DNA of 64,000 nucleotides, taken from assembly GCA_964016885.1 (NCBI GenBank), contig OZ024743.1, positions 9,796,001 through 9,860,000 on the forward strand. Reading direction: 5' to 3'. Of this stretch, positions 1 to 13,949 are shown piece by piece (within the stretch, counting starts at the first letter, position 1; every line of letters starts with the position of its first letter). Both the position numbers and the translations under genes were made by a program. The notes beneath the pieces were generated by a model. That model did not search any database, was not told the origin of the DNA, and worked only from the letters and a program-made list of their open reading frames with translations. Source of the DNA: Eledone cirrhosa. Its lineage: Eukaryota.

Positions 1-33
1 GGTGGCGCTAGTCGCTACAAGGCTCCCCTCCAG
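1..33 (-). mobile_element. Polypurine tract and first 19 bp of the 3' LTR of a Gypsy element
   Basis: Minus strand reads ctGGAGGGGAGcct-TGTAGCGACTAGCGCCACC: purine tract then a TGT start, downstream of the integrase; the LTR runs off the window. Confidence 0.7.
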
Positions 34-307
34 ACGATAGTTGATAATAACCGTAAGGTTATTGTAGCGAGGAGCCGTAGAATAAGGAGCAAGCAAAACA
101 AAAGGTACATAAATTACAATGGTTTGTAACAGAAGCAAAGTATGAAAATAAACATGCATAAAAATGTAACTGGAACAATACAATTCAAAACAGTACAAGG
201 GAGCAAGGACAATAGTGCTCAAAATAAGTTCAAAATGTTTCAAAGTCAAATAGTTAATGCTACTAGGTGTTATACGAATATTGTTTTTGAGAGTTTCCGT
301 GGCCATA

Positions 308-1875
308 TTACTGTCCTGCCACTTCGTGTGACATATGGTTGTGTGGTATGTGGTGTTTGCGGTGGAGGTGAAGGTGTTGTGTGGGAGTGTATGTGCGAGG
401 TATGTCAGGCAATGATGTGAGACTTTCAGAGAAAGCCTTCTTTGCTCTGTCAACGGATGTTACGTCTTTTCGACCATTGACAGCCACTGTAAAGTGTTTT
501 GGTGTGTGCAAAAGCACATGAAAAGGTCCATTATAAGGTGACGTAAGAGGTCTCTTGACGGAATCATTCCGTATGAAAATGTGTGTCCACGTAGAGGTGT
601 CCCATGGGACAGCAGAAGAAATAGATTGGTCACGAGGGTTCATTGGTGGAATATCCGAGAAATACGAACGAATCCTGGTGACATATGATGCTGGGTCAAG
701 ATGTGATGAATCCACTAGTGCTAACATTTGTCCAGGAAGAGACAATGTGGTACCATAAAGAAGTTCAGCAGAAGAAAAACCTAAATCTGTCTTAATGGCA
801 GAACGACAACCAAGAAGCACGATTGGCAAAAATTCGGTCCAACGTTGCGGATCAGGAGTAGCGCGAAGTGCAGCTTTCAACTGTCAATGAAACCTCTCGT
901 CCATTCCATTGGAGGCTGGATGATAGCTGGTCGTATGAATGTGATGAGCACCCAAGAGTCGTGATATTTCACGAAATAAGGAAGCTTCAAACTGGCGTCC
1001 ACGATCCGTAGTTATTTTAGTAGGAACACCGAAACGAGCAATCCAATTGGAAATGAAAGCTCGTGCAACGGACTCTGCGGTTATGTCCACGAGAGGTATG
1101 GCTTCAGGCCACCGCGAGAATACGATTGATACAAGTCAATATGTATGTGAACCCACGATTAACGGGCCATGGGCCAACAATATCCATGTGAATATGACGG
1201 AAACGTGCGTCTGGCGGGCTGAATTTCCCAAGAGGAGCGCGGACATGCCGTAAATCTTAGAGCGCTGACACTTCAAACAAGAACGTGCCCAACCGGTGAT
1301 TAAACGACGCATATTAGGCCAAAGAAATCGAGCCGTAATAAGCTTCACCGTGGTAGCTATGCCGGGATACGACAAGGATCGGGGGCAATCTGGAACAAGT
1401 GGTCTGGGTGAGCCAGTAGAAATATCGCAAAGAATTTTTCCTTCAGCAGACGGATGAGGTAAATATTCAAATTTACAGCAGGAAAACTGGGTAGAAGAAA
1501 TGTCCAACGAATTCAGAGTAGGTTGGTCAGTTGCAATGGCAACTAAATTGATATGTGCAGGAGACGCAAGAGAACACACAGAAAGTCGAGATAATGCGTC
1601 CGCTGGTATGTTGGCAGCTCCAGCTATATGACGAATGTCACTGGTGTACTGGGAGATGAAATCCAAATGTCCAGTGAAGCTGTACCAAACACACATTTAG
1701 CTGGGTTGATTCTGACCTGGTACGATTGAAGACGTTGAAATAACTGAGATAGATGTTGCTGATGATGTTCAGTTGTGTCACTGATAAACAGGAGACCATC
1801 CACGTAAGCAAACACGAAATCCAATCCACGCGTGACTTCATCGATAACACGCTGGAACGTGCTAGAGGCATTCTG
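308..1875 (-). pseudogene. Ty3/Gypsy pol remnant: RT fragment, RNase H tail, integrase; frameshifted and internally deleted
   Basis: RT NASSTFQRVIDEVTRGLDFVFAYVDG (YxDD mutated); HLDFISQYTSDIRHIAG..N..ADALSR; zinc-finger part WPNMRR..CLKCQRSK; integrase core FGVPTKITTDRGRQF, YHPASNGMDERFH; GPY/F-type PYNGPFHV. Confidence 0.93.
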
Positions 1876-2012
1876 CTCCACTAGCGATTACAGTAAAAGA
1901 CATAATCATGAACCCTCCCCAAGGCGTCTCCTACGAGTCTCTGAAGACAGAGGTACTGCGTGGGAAACGCCTTGGAGAGGGTTCGTGATTATGTCTTTTA
2001 CTGTAGTCGCTA
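1872..2012. mobile_element. Gypsy gag fragment present as an inverted duplication
   Basis: Plus strand reads SAPLAITVKDIIMNPPQGVSYESLKTEVLR; minus strand from ~2013 reads IATTVKDIITNPLQGVS; arms 1882-1931 and 1963-2012. Confidence 0.65.
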
Positions 2013-2179
2013 TATGTTCTTGAGTGACATTTATTTAAATGATCACGGAAGGATGGATATAACCAAATATTGAAAGTTTTTTTTTTGTCCGCTGTTCCAA
2101 CTATTTGAGAAGGCACCAAATACTGCCTTTCCACCAGCAGAAATTATTGATACAGTATTGATATTTAGTATTGATATTT

Positions 2180-2394
2180 AGGGCGTTGGGTTGGCAGTAT
2201 CGGTAAAGCATCGGAAAACATGCTTAGGGGAATATAGTCTGCATTCTGTGTTCAAATTGTGCCGAGGTTAGCTTTGCATTTCATCCTTACGGAGTCGATA
2301 AAATAAAGTACCAGTAATACACTGGGGTGAATTTAATCGACTTTCCACTCCAAACAAAGTTGTCGGTCTTGTGCAGAATTAAGAAACCATTATT
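2180..2394 (+). mobile_element. tRNA-derived SINE, octopod-like family
   Basis: A box TGGCAGTATCGG, B box GTTCAAAT, conserved body TTTCATCCTTACGGAGTCGATAAAATAAAGTACCAG. Confidence 0.85.
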
Positions 2395-2406
2395 TATCCA
2401 TTCAAA

Positions 2407-2622
2407 AGGGCGGTGCATTGACAAAGTCGGTGAAGAGTCGGACAACATGGTTTGTAGAATATAATTACGTCTCTTTACGTTCTGAGTTCAAATCGTGTCG
2501 GAGTTAGTTTTGCATTTTATTCTTACGGTGTCAATAAAATGTCATTAAGGCACAAGTGTCGATTTAATCGAATTACTCCTTCCCTTAAAATTGCTGGATT
2601 TGTTCCCAAAGTAGAAACAATC
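2407..2622 (+). mobile_element. Diverged SINE copy in tandem with the previous one
   Basis: GGGCGGTG head, GAGTTCAAATC B box, degenerate body, GTAGAAACAAT tail. Confidence 0.75.
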
Positions 2623-2984
2623 ATACATACGTACACATATTACATATAATCCTTACAATAATTGAAAAGAAAACATAGCATCTAAGGTACACAAATATTG
2701 AAATCTACAAGTGACAACATAAATTTATAATAACCTAAATGTTTCTTTAAATATTTCTTTAAAACGATGGAATGGTGTGGAACACGAAACAACGATTTCA
2801 TTTTCATTAATTTTTATATTGGAACATTTAAAAGATTTAACAAGCGGTGTTAAACGAAGGTATCCCCGGATGTATACAATAAGTAGGAAAGTAGAGTAAA
2901 GGGTAACTGTTGCCGGATCTAGTTAAGAGTATGGAAATAATATTTAGAATGTCAATAAAATTAGTTATAATCATAATGCTTTCT

Positions 2985-3197
2985 GATATAAGCAAAAGGC
3001 CAAGTAACTTTGGGGAAAGGGAAAGTTGATTAAATCGACTCCTCAGTACATTACTGGTACTTGATTTTATCAACCCCATAAGGATGAAAGGCAAAGCTAA
3101 CCTCGGCGGGATTTGAACTCAGAATTTAAAGGGCCATAACTCTATGCCACTAAGTATGTTGTTCGACTCTCTACCGATTTTTCCAATCCACCGCCCT
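2985..3197 (-). mobile_element. SINE, same family
   Basis: Reverse-complement body GGATGAAAGGCAAAG..GGATTTGAACTCAG..CCAATCCACCGCCCT. Confidence 0.85.
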
Positions 3198-5614
3198 GAT
3201 AGTAATAATAACAACTATAAAAATGATTACTTCTTTAATTTTCACAAAGATAGTGAATGTGAGACACTTGACAGAAACGCACAAAACATTAGGTTAATGC
3301 TTTAACATTGTGAGAAAATTAGTGTTGGAAAAGAAATAATTGTGTATTAGAAATAGGTTATTTTTAGTTCCAAATAGATCTTCTCGAGGAACCACGATAT
3401 ATCCAGGTTGCAAAAACTCTCGCAGTCTATTAGCTATATTCACATATTGAGACAGGTTTCATCCAATAAAGCTATAACTGTCATTCTCACCAGCATTTCA
3501 GTATATTTATTGGAGAATATAACTCTCGCTCTCCAATGTTTGTGGGAAGAATTAATCAATCGCCCTATTGATATTAATAAAACACCTAGCAGAGTCATAT
3601 TTGTTACGAGAATTCAGCTCACGTAACAAGGCTGTGGTTAACCTTCCCCTTTCGCCTACCATCTTTTCTGTTCTGTTGACGTAGGGCTAAACACATTTGG
3701 ACATGCTGTAGTTGAGAAAGAATTTTCTGAAGGTGTCTCTACTGTGTTTGTGCATTGGGAAAGCTTTATCCGGGGAATTACTGCTTAAAACACTATACTC
3801 GTTATGGGAGTGGGCAGTAGGATATTTCCGAAAAGTGGCAAAGATTCTCTTAAGAAAAGAACACGCCGACCGGCTGCTATTTAGTGGCGGTGAAGATTGC
3901 AATATATGTGTAATATACGAAAATATATATTGTTAAATCTACCAAATTGGGAGAAGGTAATTAATCCTTTTACAGATTTAAGAATAATCTTTGCCTGTCC
4001 TGTTGCATTGTAACTGGGTATAAATCACTTGAAACATTTCGAGTTATGATCTTTAATTATTAAAATATGAAATCTCATGCCTAAGTGTATGGTTTTGGTT
4101 ATCTGTTTATTTGCAAAGGAATTGGTAAATCTTGCAAATATGAAATTCTAGAGATATGATCAGGTGTGAAGACCGGCCTTTATTAATTTATTTTTAATCA
4201 ATTAATATAAACTGTTTCAATGATCATCTCTGATGAGATAAGGAAGAATGTCGGTTATCTTATGACGCTTGACTAGAAAAACAACAACTATAGTTCTTTC
4301 TGGTTTGTATCTTCATTAAATTCATTCTACAGTATGATAACGAAATTTGGTTGACATCTGCAAACATGATTTTCATCCTGGTATAGCGATATTTCATTTC
4401 TTTGACAAGCTTTTTTTTTTTTTTGTCTAAAAGTAAAAGTTAAAAATAAATCACACTAGTGTGATTGTGAGATTTCAATGTTGAAACTTTTATAATTTTA
4501 TGCATGAAAAAGATTCCTTTTACAGACCAAGTATTGTGAGACTCTGACAAACTGGTTGACTTGAATGTAAACATAGTTTAGTCAATCTTTGAAAATGAAA
4601 ACCAAATTTCTTTTCTCCATCAGTTAGGGCTTCGTAGATATAAACGTAACTTATTCTATGTTTTTATTTTCATGGGATTTGAAAGAGTATAATTGATACT
4701 GATATAGATACCTATTTAATCATAGCTGTTTCTGAATCCACTTCGATTTTTATAAGTTGATGTTATTTTTGTTTTTAATTTGCCTGTTTCATGTTAGATC
4801 TTCAATATTTCCATAGAACGCTTATTATGATAAGATTACAGATAGATTTGCGTGATCTAGAATTGACTCTATTGATATTGACACAGCCTGTTTATTTATT
4901 GATCTAAAATCACTGTTCATCTCAAATCATCGAAACCTACTTTCATTACAAAATATTACGAATTATTTGTTTCTCATATAAACCAGATGTTCTAAAGAGC
5001 GATTCGAATTACAGGAAATTTTTTCAGTTTAGACTACAGTTTATAGCAAATGGGAATATCAATGTCAAGAAACGATAAAATGTCAATCAATCTTCGATAA
5101 AAGAAAGGATGTAATTCAAGACTGATTATTCTAGAAATACAAAATATTACTTTAAAAAGAAATGTTCTCTTCATTTATATTTTAGAAATCCAGGCGGGCT
5201 ACGAAATTCATATTTTTATTTGGATTATTTTTAGGGAGGTGGTGGAATATAAATTACCGGAGGTGAATTCAACGAAATAGATCATTTGTGTATTAAATGA
5301 AAATGGTTTCGAAATAAATCTATTCTATTTTTGGCAGCAATATATTTTCTGAAAATTTATAAAACATTCAAATTTATACATACTTGAGAAGTGTTTTCAA
5401 AGGGAGTATCGTTTCTCCTTGTGGGGATTTAATTGTTTAAAGGAATAATAAGTAATTATCAATCAATAATTTACAACTTAGCTGACATTCATTTTCATGG
5501 CAATACGCTAAGCAATAATGATATATGGAATTCAGATCGTTTGACAAATTTGTTACTTGTTATAGTTGTTGTGCTTATATCTAGGTTAGCCATGATTGGG
5601 CATGCTTATAATTA

Positions 5615-5783
5615 ATTGTTTCTACTTTTGGCACAAGGCCAGCAATTACCCAGTGCGTTACTGGTGCTTTATTTTATAGACCCGTAAGGATGAAAGGCAA
5701 AGTTAACCTCGGCGGGATTTGAACTCAGAATGGAAAGGGCTGCAAAGCATGGCGTCCGACCTTCTACTGATACTGCCAATCCA
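5615..5783 (-). mobile_element. SINE, same family
   Basis: TTGTTTCTACTTTTGGCACAAGGCCAGC..GGATGAAAGGCAAAG..GATTTGAACTC..TGCCAATCCAC. Confidence 0.85.
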
Positions 5784-6261
5784 CATTCGTAGTCTTCTCA
5801 TAGTTTTTCAGTACAAAATATAATCGGTAGGATGGGATTTTAGAGAAATGTACACTTACTAACAGGTCACATGTACATTTATTTGGTATATTGAAGTTGT
5901 ATTTATTGGTTGGCTGCGCTACTCAAGAGAGATTGTAAAATACTTAAAGATGAATGAATGAAAATTCATTGTTTTATTCTGTTGTTTTTCTTGCAGGCAC
6001 GCCAAGTACAGTTTGTGTTCATGTAGATACAGAAATCATATATGTTGTACTAATTACGAAACTACCTCATGAACAATTTCGAATTGAATATATATTTTAT
6101 TCTGACCGAGTCATATTAATAGATTTCTACTGATCTCAATCTATATCAGCATATATGCAACTTATCATATAAGTTGATTTTCATGAACGGATAGAAATAT
6201 TCATATTGCATACGTTTGTCTGTTATTTATAGATAAGATATCATTTTTAGTTTGTAATCAC

Positions 6262-6305
6262 ATATTTTACGTTTCAACCCGATTGCCCGGTATCTTCAGC
6301 ATTTT
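6262..6305 (-). ncRNA. Degenerate minimal hammerhead motif
   Basis: Minus strand CTGAAGA-taCCGggcaatCGGgtt-GAAACGTA; stem I does not pair well. Confidence 0.4.
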
Positions 6306-6413
6306 CAAATGCAGAGTTGAGCTGACCAACGCCTTATGCATGAAACTTGGTAGATGCATACTCAAAAGAAAACCGTCGTGTACATTATATATATTATTAA
6401 ATTAAATACTATA

Positions 6414-6602
6414 AGGGCGGTGGATTGGCAGTATCGGTAGAGGGTCGGACGCCATGCTTTCCAGCATAGTTACGTCCCTTTACGATCTGAATTCAAATCC
6501 CGCTGAGGTTGACTTTGCCTTTCATCCTTACGGGGTCGATAAAATAAAGTACCAGTAATGCACTGGGTAATTGCTGGCCTTGTGCCTAAAATAGAAACAA
6601 TT
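6414..6602 (+). mobile_element. SINE, near full length and well conserved
   Basis: Very similar to copies at 32337, 36282 and 41497; A/B boxes and conserved body. Confidence 0.9.
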
Positions 6603-7197
6603 AAATTAAATACTATAACAAACACATAACACGTAGAAACGCTAAGACGCGCTTGAGTGAACTCCTTATTCAACTTGCAGTGCTTCAAAGATAAAGAAAA
6701 CTATCGGTATGAAAACACAGGGGAGTTCTGGGCTTAAAAGGAAGTAATTTACAGAGACAGTATTAATATAATGGCTGAATCTCGAATTCGAGAATTACCA
6801 TCCATTAACGTTTTTCTCATATATGCGTAGCTCGAACACGAACGTTTAGCCTTGTCAAGCACTTTCATTCCTTTTTGCATATGCTTCAACAAAATAAGAA
6901 GTAAAAACTAATCTCCCGCAACCCACGTGAAAGTGGTTTAGATCAATAGATCCCTGTTCTTAAAACTTTTTAAAGTGAATAAAGGCCTTGCACTGAACCA
7001 ATCCAACTCTCCGAACAACAGTGACAGGTATCAAAAAAGAAGAACAGCTCACCATCATTGGCCGCCATCCAGTCGTAGGATTTACATCAGGGTTTTTGTT
7101 CTCCTAGAATGATGTTACAAGAATTAGGAGTCTCTAACACCCGATGTTCTAAACGTGCATTCGGGCATCAAACCGAGTATGCATACAAACATGTATT

Positions 7198-7288
7198 TAT
7201 GTATGTATGTATGTATGTATGTATGTATGTATGTATGTATGTATGTATGTATGTATGTATGTATGTATGTATCTGTGTGTGTGTGTGT
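7198..7288. repeat. (TATG)n then (TG)n microsatellite
   Basis: Directly visible. Confidence 0.95.
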
Positions 7289-8426
7289 TTATATGTATCG
7301 GTGTAAGCTCGGGTGTCGATTTGCATCCGCATATATAATACGTATCGTAACTATTCGATACATGGAAATCGATAAAATAAATGCGAGACTGAAATATGCT
7401 TTTGAATCGATCTGATCGATTAAAACTTCAGAAAGCTGTGTTCCAGTATGGCCGTAGTCCAATGATTGAAAATGTAGGATACACAATGAAATGTATTTAG
7501 AAATGTCAATACGTAGCTTCGCTGCAGAAAATTACAGTTATATGTGTACTACTCTATATACATCTATGCGTCTCTGCAGTCTGCATATGTTTGTGATGTA
7601 GTTTATTACGCATGAATCTTTATGTAACATGTAAATAGACGGAGAGTTTCTCTGTGTGTATTACTCTGTGTACGTATCTTGTGGCATGGGCTTGTGTACT
7701 TTTCAGTTGTGGCTATGTGTATCTTACACAATTTTCAATTTCTCCGACTAAGTAATCATTGTCTTCATAAAAATCAATTTCTTCTGTCTATCTCTGCAAC
7801 GCAGCATATAGTTTCTCCCTTCTGACATCATTCCCAAAACAGAATACCATGTCTTGTTTCTTTCTTGTTTTCTATTTTCTCCCTTTCCTCCTTTCATTCA
7901 TTATTTTCTTCTTTTCTTTCTTTTTATCTATATATTTTCTTATCTTCCTCTCTACCATTATCCCGTCTTTTTTTTATTTCTATTTTCTCAATTTTCCTAC
8001 TTTTCTTATTTCCCCGACCCAAAATTATTTATTGCCTACTCTACTTGAAAGATCTTAAACCAAACCGCTATAATACTGCACCAGACCGTCTCCTCCTCTT
8101 AACAGGACGAGGCTGGACTATTTCCATCAATTAGATATCAAGCCTATAGTCTATGCGTTATATCTTTAAAATGAGTGTTAGAACCTCAAGTAAAATATAA
8201 ATACTGTGGTATGAATCTATTCAGTAAAATATTCATTCACTTTAATAGATAATAGTAAACGGATACACAAAGCGGGAAACTCGGTTTAGAAACAGTGTGA
8301 ATCATAAAATCTGAATTATAAATAATCTCTGTCTCTCTCTTTCCCATTGCCCATCTATCTATATTCATATATATATAAGTATGTGTGTATTTATGTATAA
8401 TATATATATATATATTCATATATATA

Positions 8427-8589
8427 TTAAATGTAAGTATGTATGTATACGTACATACATATATGTATACAGACGTACAGTACCTGTATGCATATGTGTA
8501 TATATATGTATATATATATATATATATGCATGCTACTGTACGTCTGTATACATATATGTATGTACGTATACATACATACTTACATTTAA
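8427..8589. repeat. Perfect 56-bp inverted repeat around a TA-rich spacer
   Basis: 8427-8482 is the reverse complement of 8534-8589. Confidence 0.9.
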
Positions 8590-8651
8590 GTAAGTGCCAT
8601 ACTAAGAGTGAGAAATGAAATTTCGTTTTCATTTTTTTCAACATATATATA

Positions 8652-8720
<69 letters not shown>

Positions 8721-8959
8721 TACACATAGATACACACATACGCGCACACACACACACATATATATATATGTGTGCGGGTGTATAGTTGGTAAATACACTT
8801 GATGCCGAGGTGAAGATGTAACTCCGCGGGTGTTTCGGCGCCTTCCACCACGACACCAGAGCTACACCGGACAACCCACCGATGTTACTGACGAGAACCT
8901 TGCGCAGAAGCACAATCTTTAGATGAATCTGACGTTGTGTGTTTGGTTTACGATCTTAA

Positions 8960-9210
8960 TGTCGTGCGCTCAAGTTCCGGTGGTGCATTATGTTTTTGAG
9001 AATGTTGTTGCAGTCTACACAGCTGGCAGAAATGAGTTTCAATTGTAAATATGACATCGTTACACAAGGTAACATGATGAAACTCAGTGAGAAGTACGTT
9101 GAATGTATACGTGTCTGTGGAATGCTCAGCGACAACCCTCTCGTTCTTTTCATGAATAGGATGTTCCGTTGTTAGTGAAATTCGTCGTCGGTTCCGACGG
9201 ATGACCCCCA
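8960..9210 (+). mobile_element. 3' part of another SINE-like repeat
   Basis: Tail GTGGAATGCTCAGC..GTTCCGTTG..TCGTCGTCGGTTCCGACGGA resembles a common octopod SINE tail (from memory); lies between microsatellites. Confidence 0.45.
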
Positions 9211-10913
9211 ATATATATATATAATTATAAATATACATACACACACACACACACATACACACATGTGTGTGTGCGTGTGGATGTATATATGTATATATAA
9301 TACATAAAGAGGTCGAAATATAAGGATAAGGAATCTTAATGCCCAATATTATTTTACAGTCTACAACAAGATCAGTAATAAAGAGCCCAATGTTTAATCC
9401 AATGGGGAAAATTCTAATCATAGTAGCGTTATATTTTCACTGAACATATTCTTACTTAGTGTGTTCGTAGAAGATTCAGAGCATAGATGCAGCCAAATAG
9501 CTATAAGTGTTTATATTCCTATACTCTCCCATATGCACTATCACATTTAATCTGAGATTATAGGATGTTATCTGCCGAGTATAATTGTGAACGTTCGTAT
9601 ACCATCAATGTATATTGACTAGATAATCTAGTGTTCAGTCCCTCTGCGAGGGATTTTAATGGAATAAATCTCTACAAGAACGCAACAAAAAACAACAGCA
9701 TACACCAACAAGAATCACACACATCCATTTGTATGATATGAGCCAACAATGGAGCGTTAATGATTTCGTACTATCTGCTGAATATATACAAATTTCTCTC
9801 ATATCCGTCTATTAATGCCACGTTAGAAAATATAGTTTTAAAAAGGTGTTATGCTTTCTTCCCGAATGCTTTAATATATATCTGTCACATCGATGAAGTA
9901 TAACAGTGATAAACAATAAATATATATACCTTTGATTATAATTAAGTATTAGTTTCTGCTACTTATATACATTTAGAAATATCTAATTCATTTCAGATAT
10001 GGGATAGCCTTTGGATAGATATGGGATTCTTTGATAAAATAGAAGATGAAATAAATGTCCACTGCTTTTCGAAAAAGCCACATTTGTATCTGGAACTGTT
10101 ACCATAAATGTTTTAACTATATATGTACATTTCTATAAGTAAGTGTATATGACATACTGTATATTTGAATATATGTCACTGTATGAATATTACATGCATA
10201 TATGTATAATTATTCATCATGAAGTAGTATTAAGCTAAACGTGTGCTATGCCATTGATATGTTTAAAATAAGCTGATAGAATCTCCGTCCGGTTGGTAAT
10301 AGTACTTAAAATCGTACTTAACAGAGGATATAATTTAGAATTGAACTTGTGAATGTACACCTAAAAACGATATAACTAACTGTGCAAGTACATACAAACC
10401 AAGAAAATATTCAATAATGGATCAATACACATATTCAGTTTCAATTATATGGTTGATTGAATAAGCGATGCCGCTGATAGTCAGTTTGAACATCTGTAGC
10501 TCGGTGTCTCTAAGATCAAAGATGGGTGGGAAGGGAATTACATTTGGTTCCATATCCATGGTCAACGTTTCTGGGAAGTAAGATATAATGAGAGTAACGT
10601 TAAGTGAAGAAATGTTTGGGAAGCGCAAGACTGAAAGAAGAGGCGTGTTTAATACAAGATTATAATGACCATGTATAGAGTAAGATGAATAGATGACTGC
10701 AATTAAACTAAAAGCAATTATGACCGTTGTTGCCTGAGCAAAACATCGCTTGTACACGATATTTACATTTTGGTTTGTAATCTAAGTTACTGCACATTTC
10801 CATCATCAGCAGGTGATTTACATGTCATTTTATTTTCAATTAGCGGTTGAGTATGAAAATTGTGTCAATTATGCGTTTTAATTTCTACTCGTACTACATT
10901 ATAGCTGTGTGTT

Positions 10914-10988
<75 letters not shown>

Positions 10989-13219
10989 TCATATATAAAT
11001 ATATACATATATATATGTATATATGTATATATTTATGTACATATAATATATATATATATATTATTATATATATATATATGAGTGTGTGTGTGTGTGTGTA
11101 TGTGTGCGTGTGGGTGGGTTTGCGTGGTTTATCTGTGTGTATATGTAAGAAGTGTCATTTTAAGTGTCAAACGAGGCGCAGTGAAGAGGGACCTTCTCAA
11201 ACTCATACACTCAACTTTATTGATTTAAAGCTTGGGTTCTAAAGCAAGTTTCTCCGAGATGAATTGATGTTAATTTATGCTAAAAACTGCTATTGCAACC
11301 ACAAAGTAAGAGTTACAGATGACAAAACAAAACAAACTATTTAATCGATGGAAATTGAGATCAATCTTTTTCTTTGATATCCTGAAAGAAATATCGAAGT
11401 TTAAGCATGCAAAACAAATGAATCTAAGAAATGAACTAGAAAATATATTTTTCTAAATTGAATGGACATGGAATATATTTATATTACAAACTTCAAATAC
11501 CACATATATCGAACGGAAATTTAGTGATAATTTTATTAATGATATCAATAAATCTATTGATATCCACAATATCATTATCCAGGCGGTTTTATGTATCTAG
11601 CTATTCAAAATGCAAAGGATGTATTTGAAGAGCAAATCATGTTTTATTTAGGCAAAGGGAGTCAATTGAAATGACTGCAATATTTTTCTGACTATTAATT
11701 TATATAACATAAAAAGACAAATACATGTGTGTCTTGAACGCAAAACTGAATAAGTCAAAAGTAAATGTTGCAATGATTTTCATTTACATATATTTCTATA
11801 TTATTGAAAACATATTGCAGTACCAGTGTTTCGAAATTTTCTTGTTTACTTTTACCTTTTTCGTGCATTTGCCATATAATGACTTTCTTGTTAATATTTC
11901 AAAAACAAATTTGATTGAGTGTATTCTAATTTCAGTCTCTTTGTGTCTCGTTTTCCCCCTGGTTTTATTAATTCTTTTAACGTCCAGTTAAGAATATTGT
12001 AAGTATAATTATTACTGAGATAGCTACAGCATTTATGTTTTGCATGATACATTTTTTGTTGCATTTAGCTCTGGTTTTAAATATTTATCTAATCTTTTTT
12101 TTTTCGTATGTGTCTATTTCATTGATTCCTATATTATTGTATGTTTGCGTTTGGACTATTCTTCATATCTCATTTTTTTAATCTACAATGCTATTAATAT
12201 TTTTAATCTAAACAAAAAGATTTATTTCTTCAAATACGAATATCATTATTTCTTTTAGTAAATCCATTCCGTGTCTTCACCAAACGCTCTCGCTATTTAT
12301 CTACTTGGTCCATAGCAAAAGAGAGGATTAATTGTCTTATCCAAGTTCAGTCATTTTTAACACGTTGGTTAAAGGTGTGAGCACCTGACGGAAATGGAAT
12401 GGAGATAACTTCCTGGGAATTGTCCTCTATTTATAGTAATACTAATATCTTATTGTTATTCCTGCCAACACAAGCCGTATTGCAATGAGATGTGTGGATT
12501 TGAAAATAATTGGCGTTTGTTTGCCTTTAATGTTTGTTATGATGAAATTCTTTTGAGTATTTTGTAGTGGATTGGACCGTCAATATAGGAGGCTAGGCGT
12601 TTCATTTTGCATTTCCCAAATGAGCCTGAAACCAAGTAAAATTAATTAGTTATTTTTCATAATTACAATTCTACAGATGGGGAGTGTGACGAAAACGATA
12701 AGTTGCCGAGAGATGGACAGATTGGGCTGGAGCTACGGGAAGGAAGATTTCACTTCATGTTAACTAATGACAGCTTTCTTCCTCTATTTAAATTTTAAAA
12801 TGAGAAAACCAAGTGATCCTTAACAAGGCTATTGCTGTGATAAAAGGAGTGGTAGTAGCTGTAATATCAACAACAGTACCATGAGCAACGTTTCCAATAA
12901 TAACTGCAGTATTAGTTGAACCTTATCTACCAATTCCCCATGTTTGCCATTTCTTACAAAGTAATGATCTTGGTCAAGAGTACTTTGGAAACCAAAATTA
13001 ATTAGCAGAATAAATGCCATTATATCCAGCAACACTAAAGACGTTCACTGCCTCAATCAGAACAACAATAGAAACATAAAAATAGTGCAAAACTGAACCT
13101 GCAACTTTAATTAAACAGCTATCTCAAGAAATATAGTAATACACCTAATGAATGCAAAACAACTCACATAAAGAAAAGGCATGGGAGCCGCATTATCAGT
13201 ATATCAATAGATAGGGGAA

Positions 13220-13420
13220 TTGTGATGTATAGGCGTGTGGTGTTTAGTGGTCACAAGATGGAAGGGACTACACCTATCCAGGTTGTGAAGTGCCTATGAA
13301 GCACGAGGAACGATGCAGGCGTAATAACTTATGAAGACCTAAATATGTGGAAATGGAATACATGTCAGAAGCTATTAGATAGAAGGGGTTCAGTGTCTCG
13401 TGGAGTTGTGTGGAATCCAT
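13220..13420 (+). mobile_element. Heavily degraded RTE-like LINE 3' end
   Basis: Faint remnants of the WxGHxxRM..RGR..W..DL C-terminal pattern. Confidence 0.3.
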
Positions 13421-13815
13421 CCTTATTCGGATATGTGTGGATCTATCAGCGATGAGATGAAGTTGTTGAATATACCAACAACATTGAAGATCTAATAGCT
13501 GTTAGCAAGTATCTTCAATAGTGAAAAGGATTGGCATTTTGAATTATGGTGAAGGAAACCGGCACAGAATTCACGTGGAAGTCTTAATCCATTTAGAATC
13601 AAGAAAACTGAATAAGTTGTTCGGTCAGGCAGATATTCCAAACAACACTCAATTATATAAAGTATCTGTGTCCTTCCCGAATCTGTGCAAGCATTTTATG
13701 CTTTCTATTTTTATATTTAATCTAAAAATTTTGGATATTATTATTTTTCTGACCTTCCAGTAACCTGATTTTAAGCGTCTGGTCTACTTCATGTGCTGTG
13801 CTGGTTGGCCTTAGA

Positions 13816-13926
13816 CAATTGTTCATGTGCTGTAATTTTGAAATTGATGTTCACGACCCCCCACCATGACAATTGTTCATGTGCTGTGTTCATAATTTTG
13901 CATTCGATGTTCATGACCTCCCCCAG
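13816..13926. repeat. Two-copy tandem repeat, ~53-59 bp unit
   Basis: GACAATTGTTCATGTGCTGT..GATGTTCA(C/T)GACC occurs twice. Confidence 0.8.
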
Positions 13927-13949
13927 AAAATTTCTACCTCTAGTAAGGC

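Noticed and set aside
1941-1970. CTGAAGA..GAAAC hammerhead-like string
   Set aside because: Lies in gag-coding sequence; stem II spacing is wrong and there is no stem I
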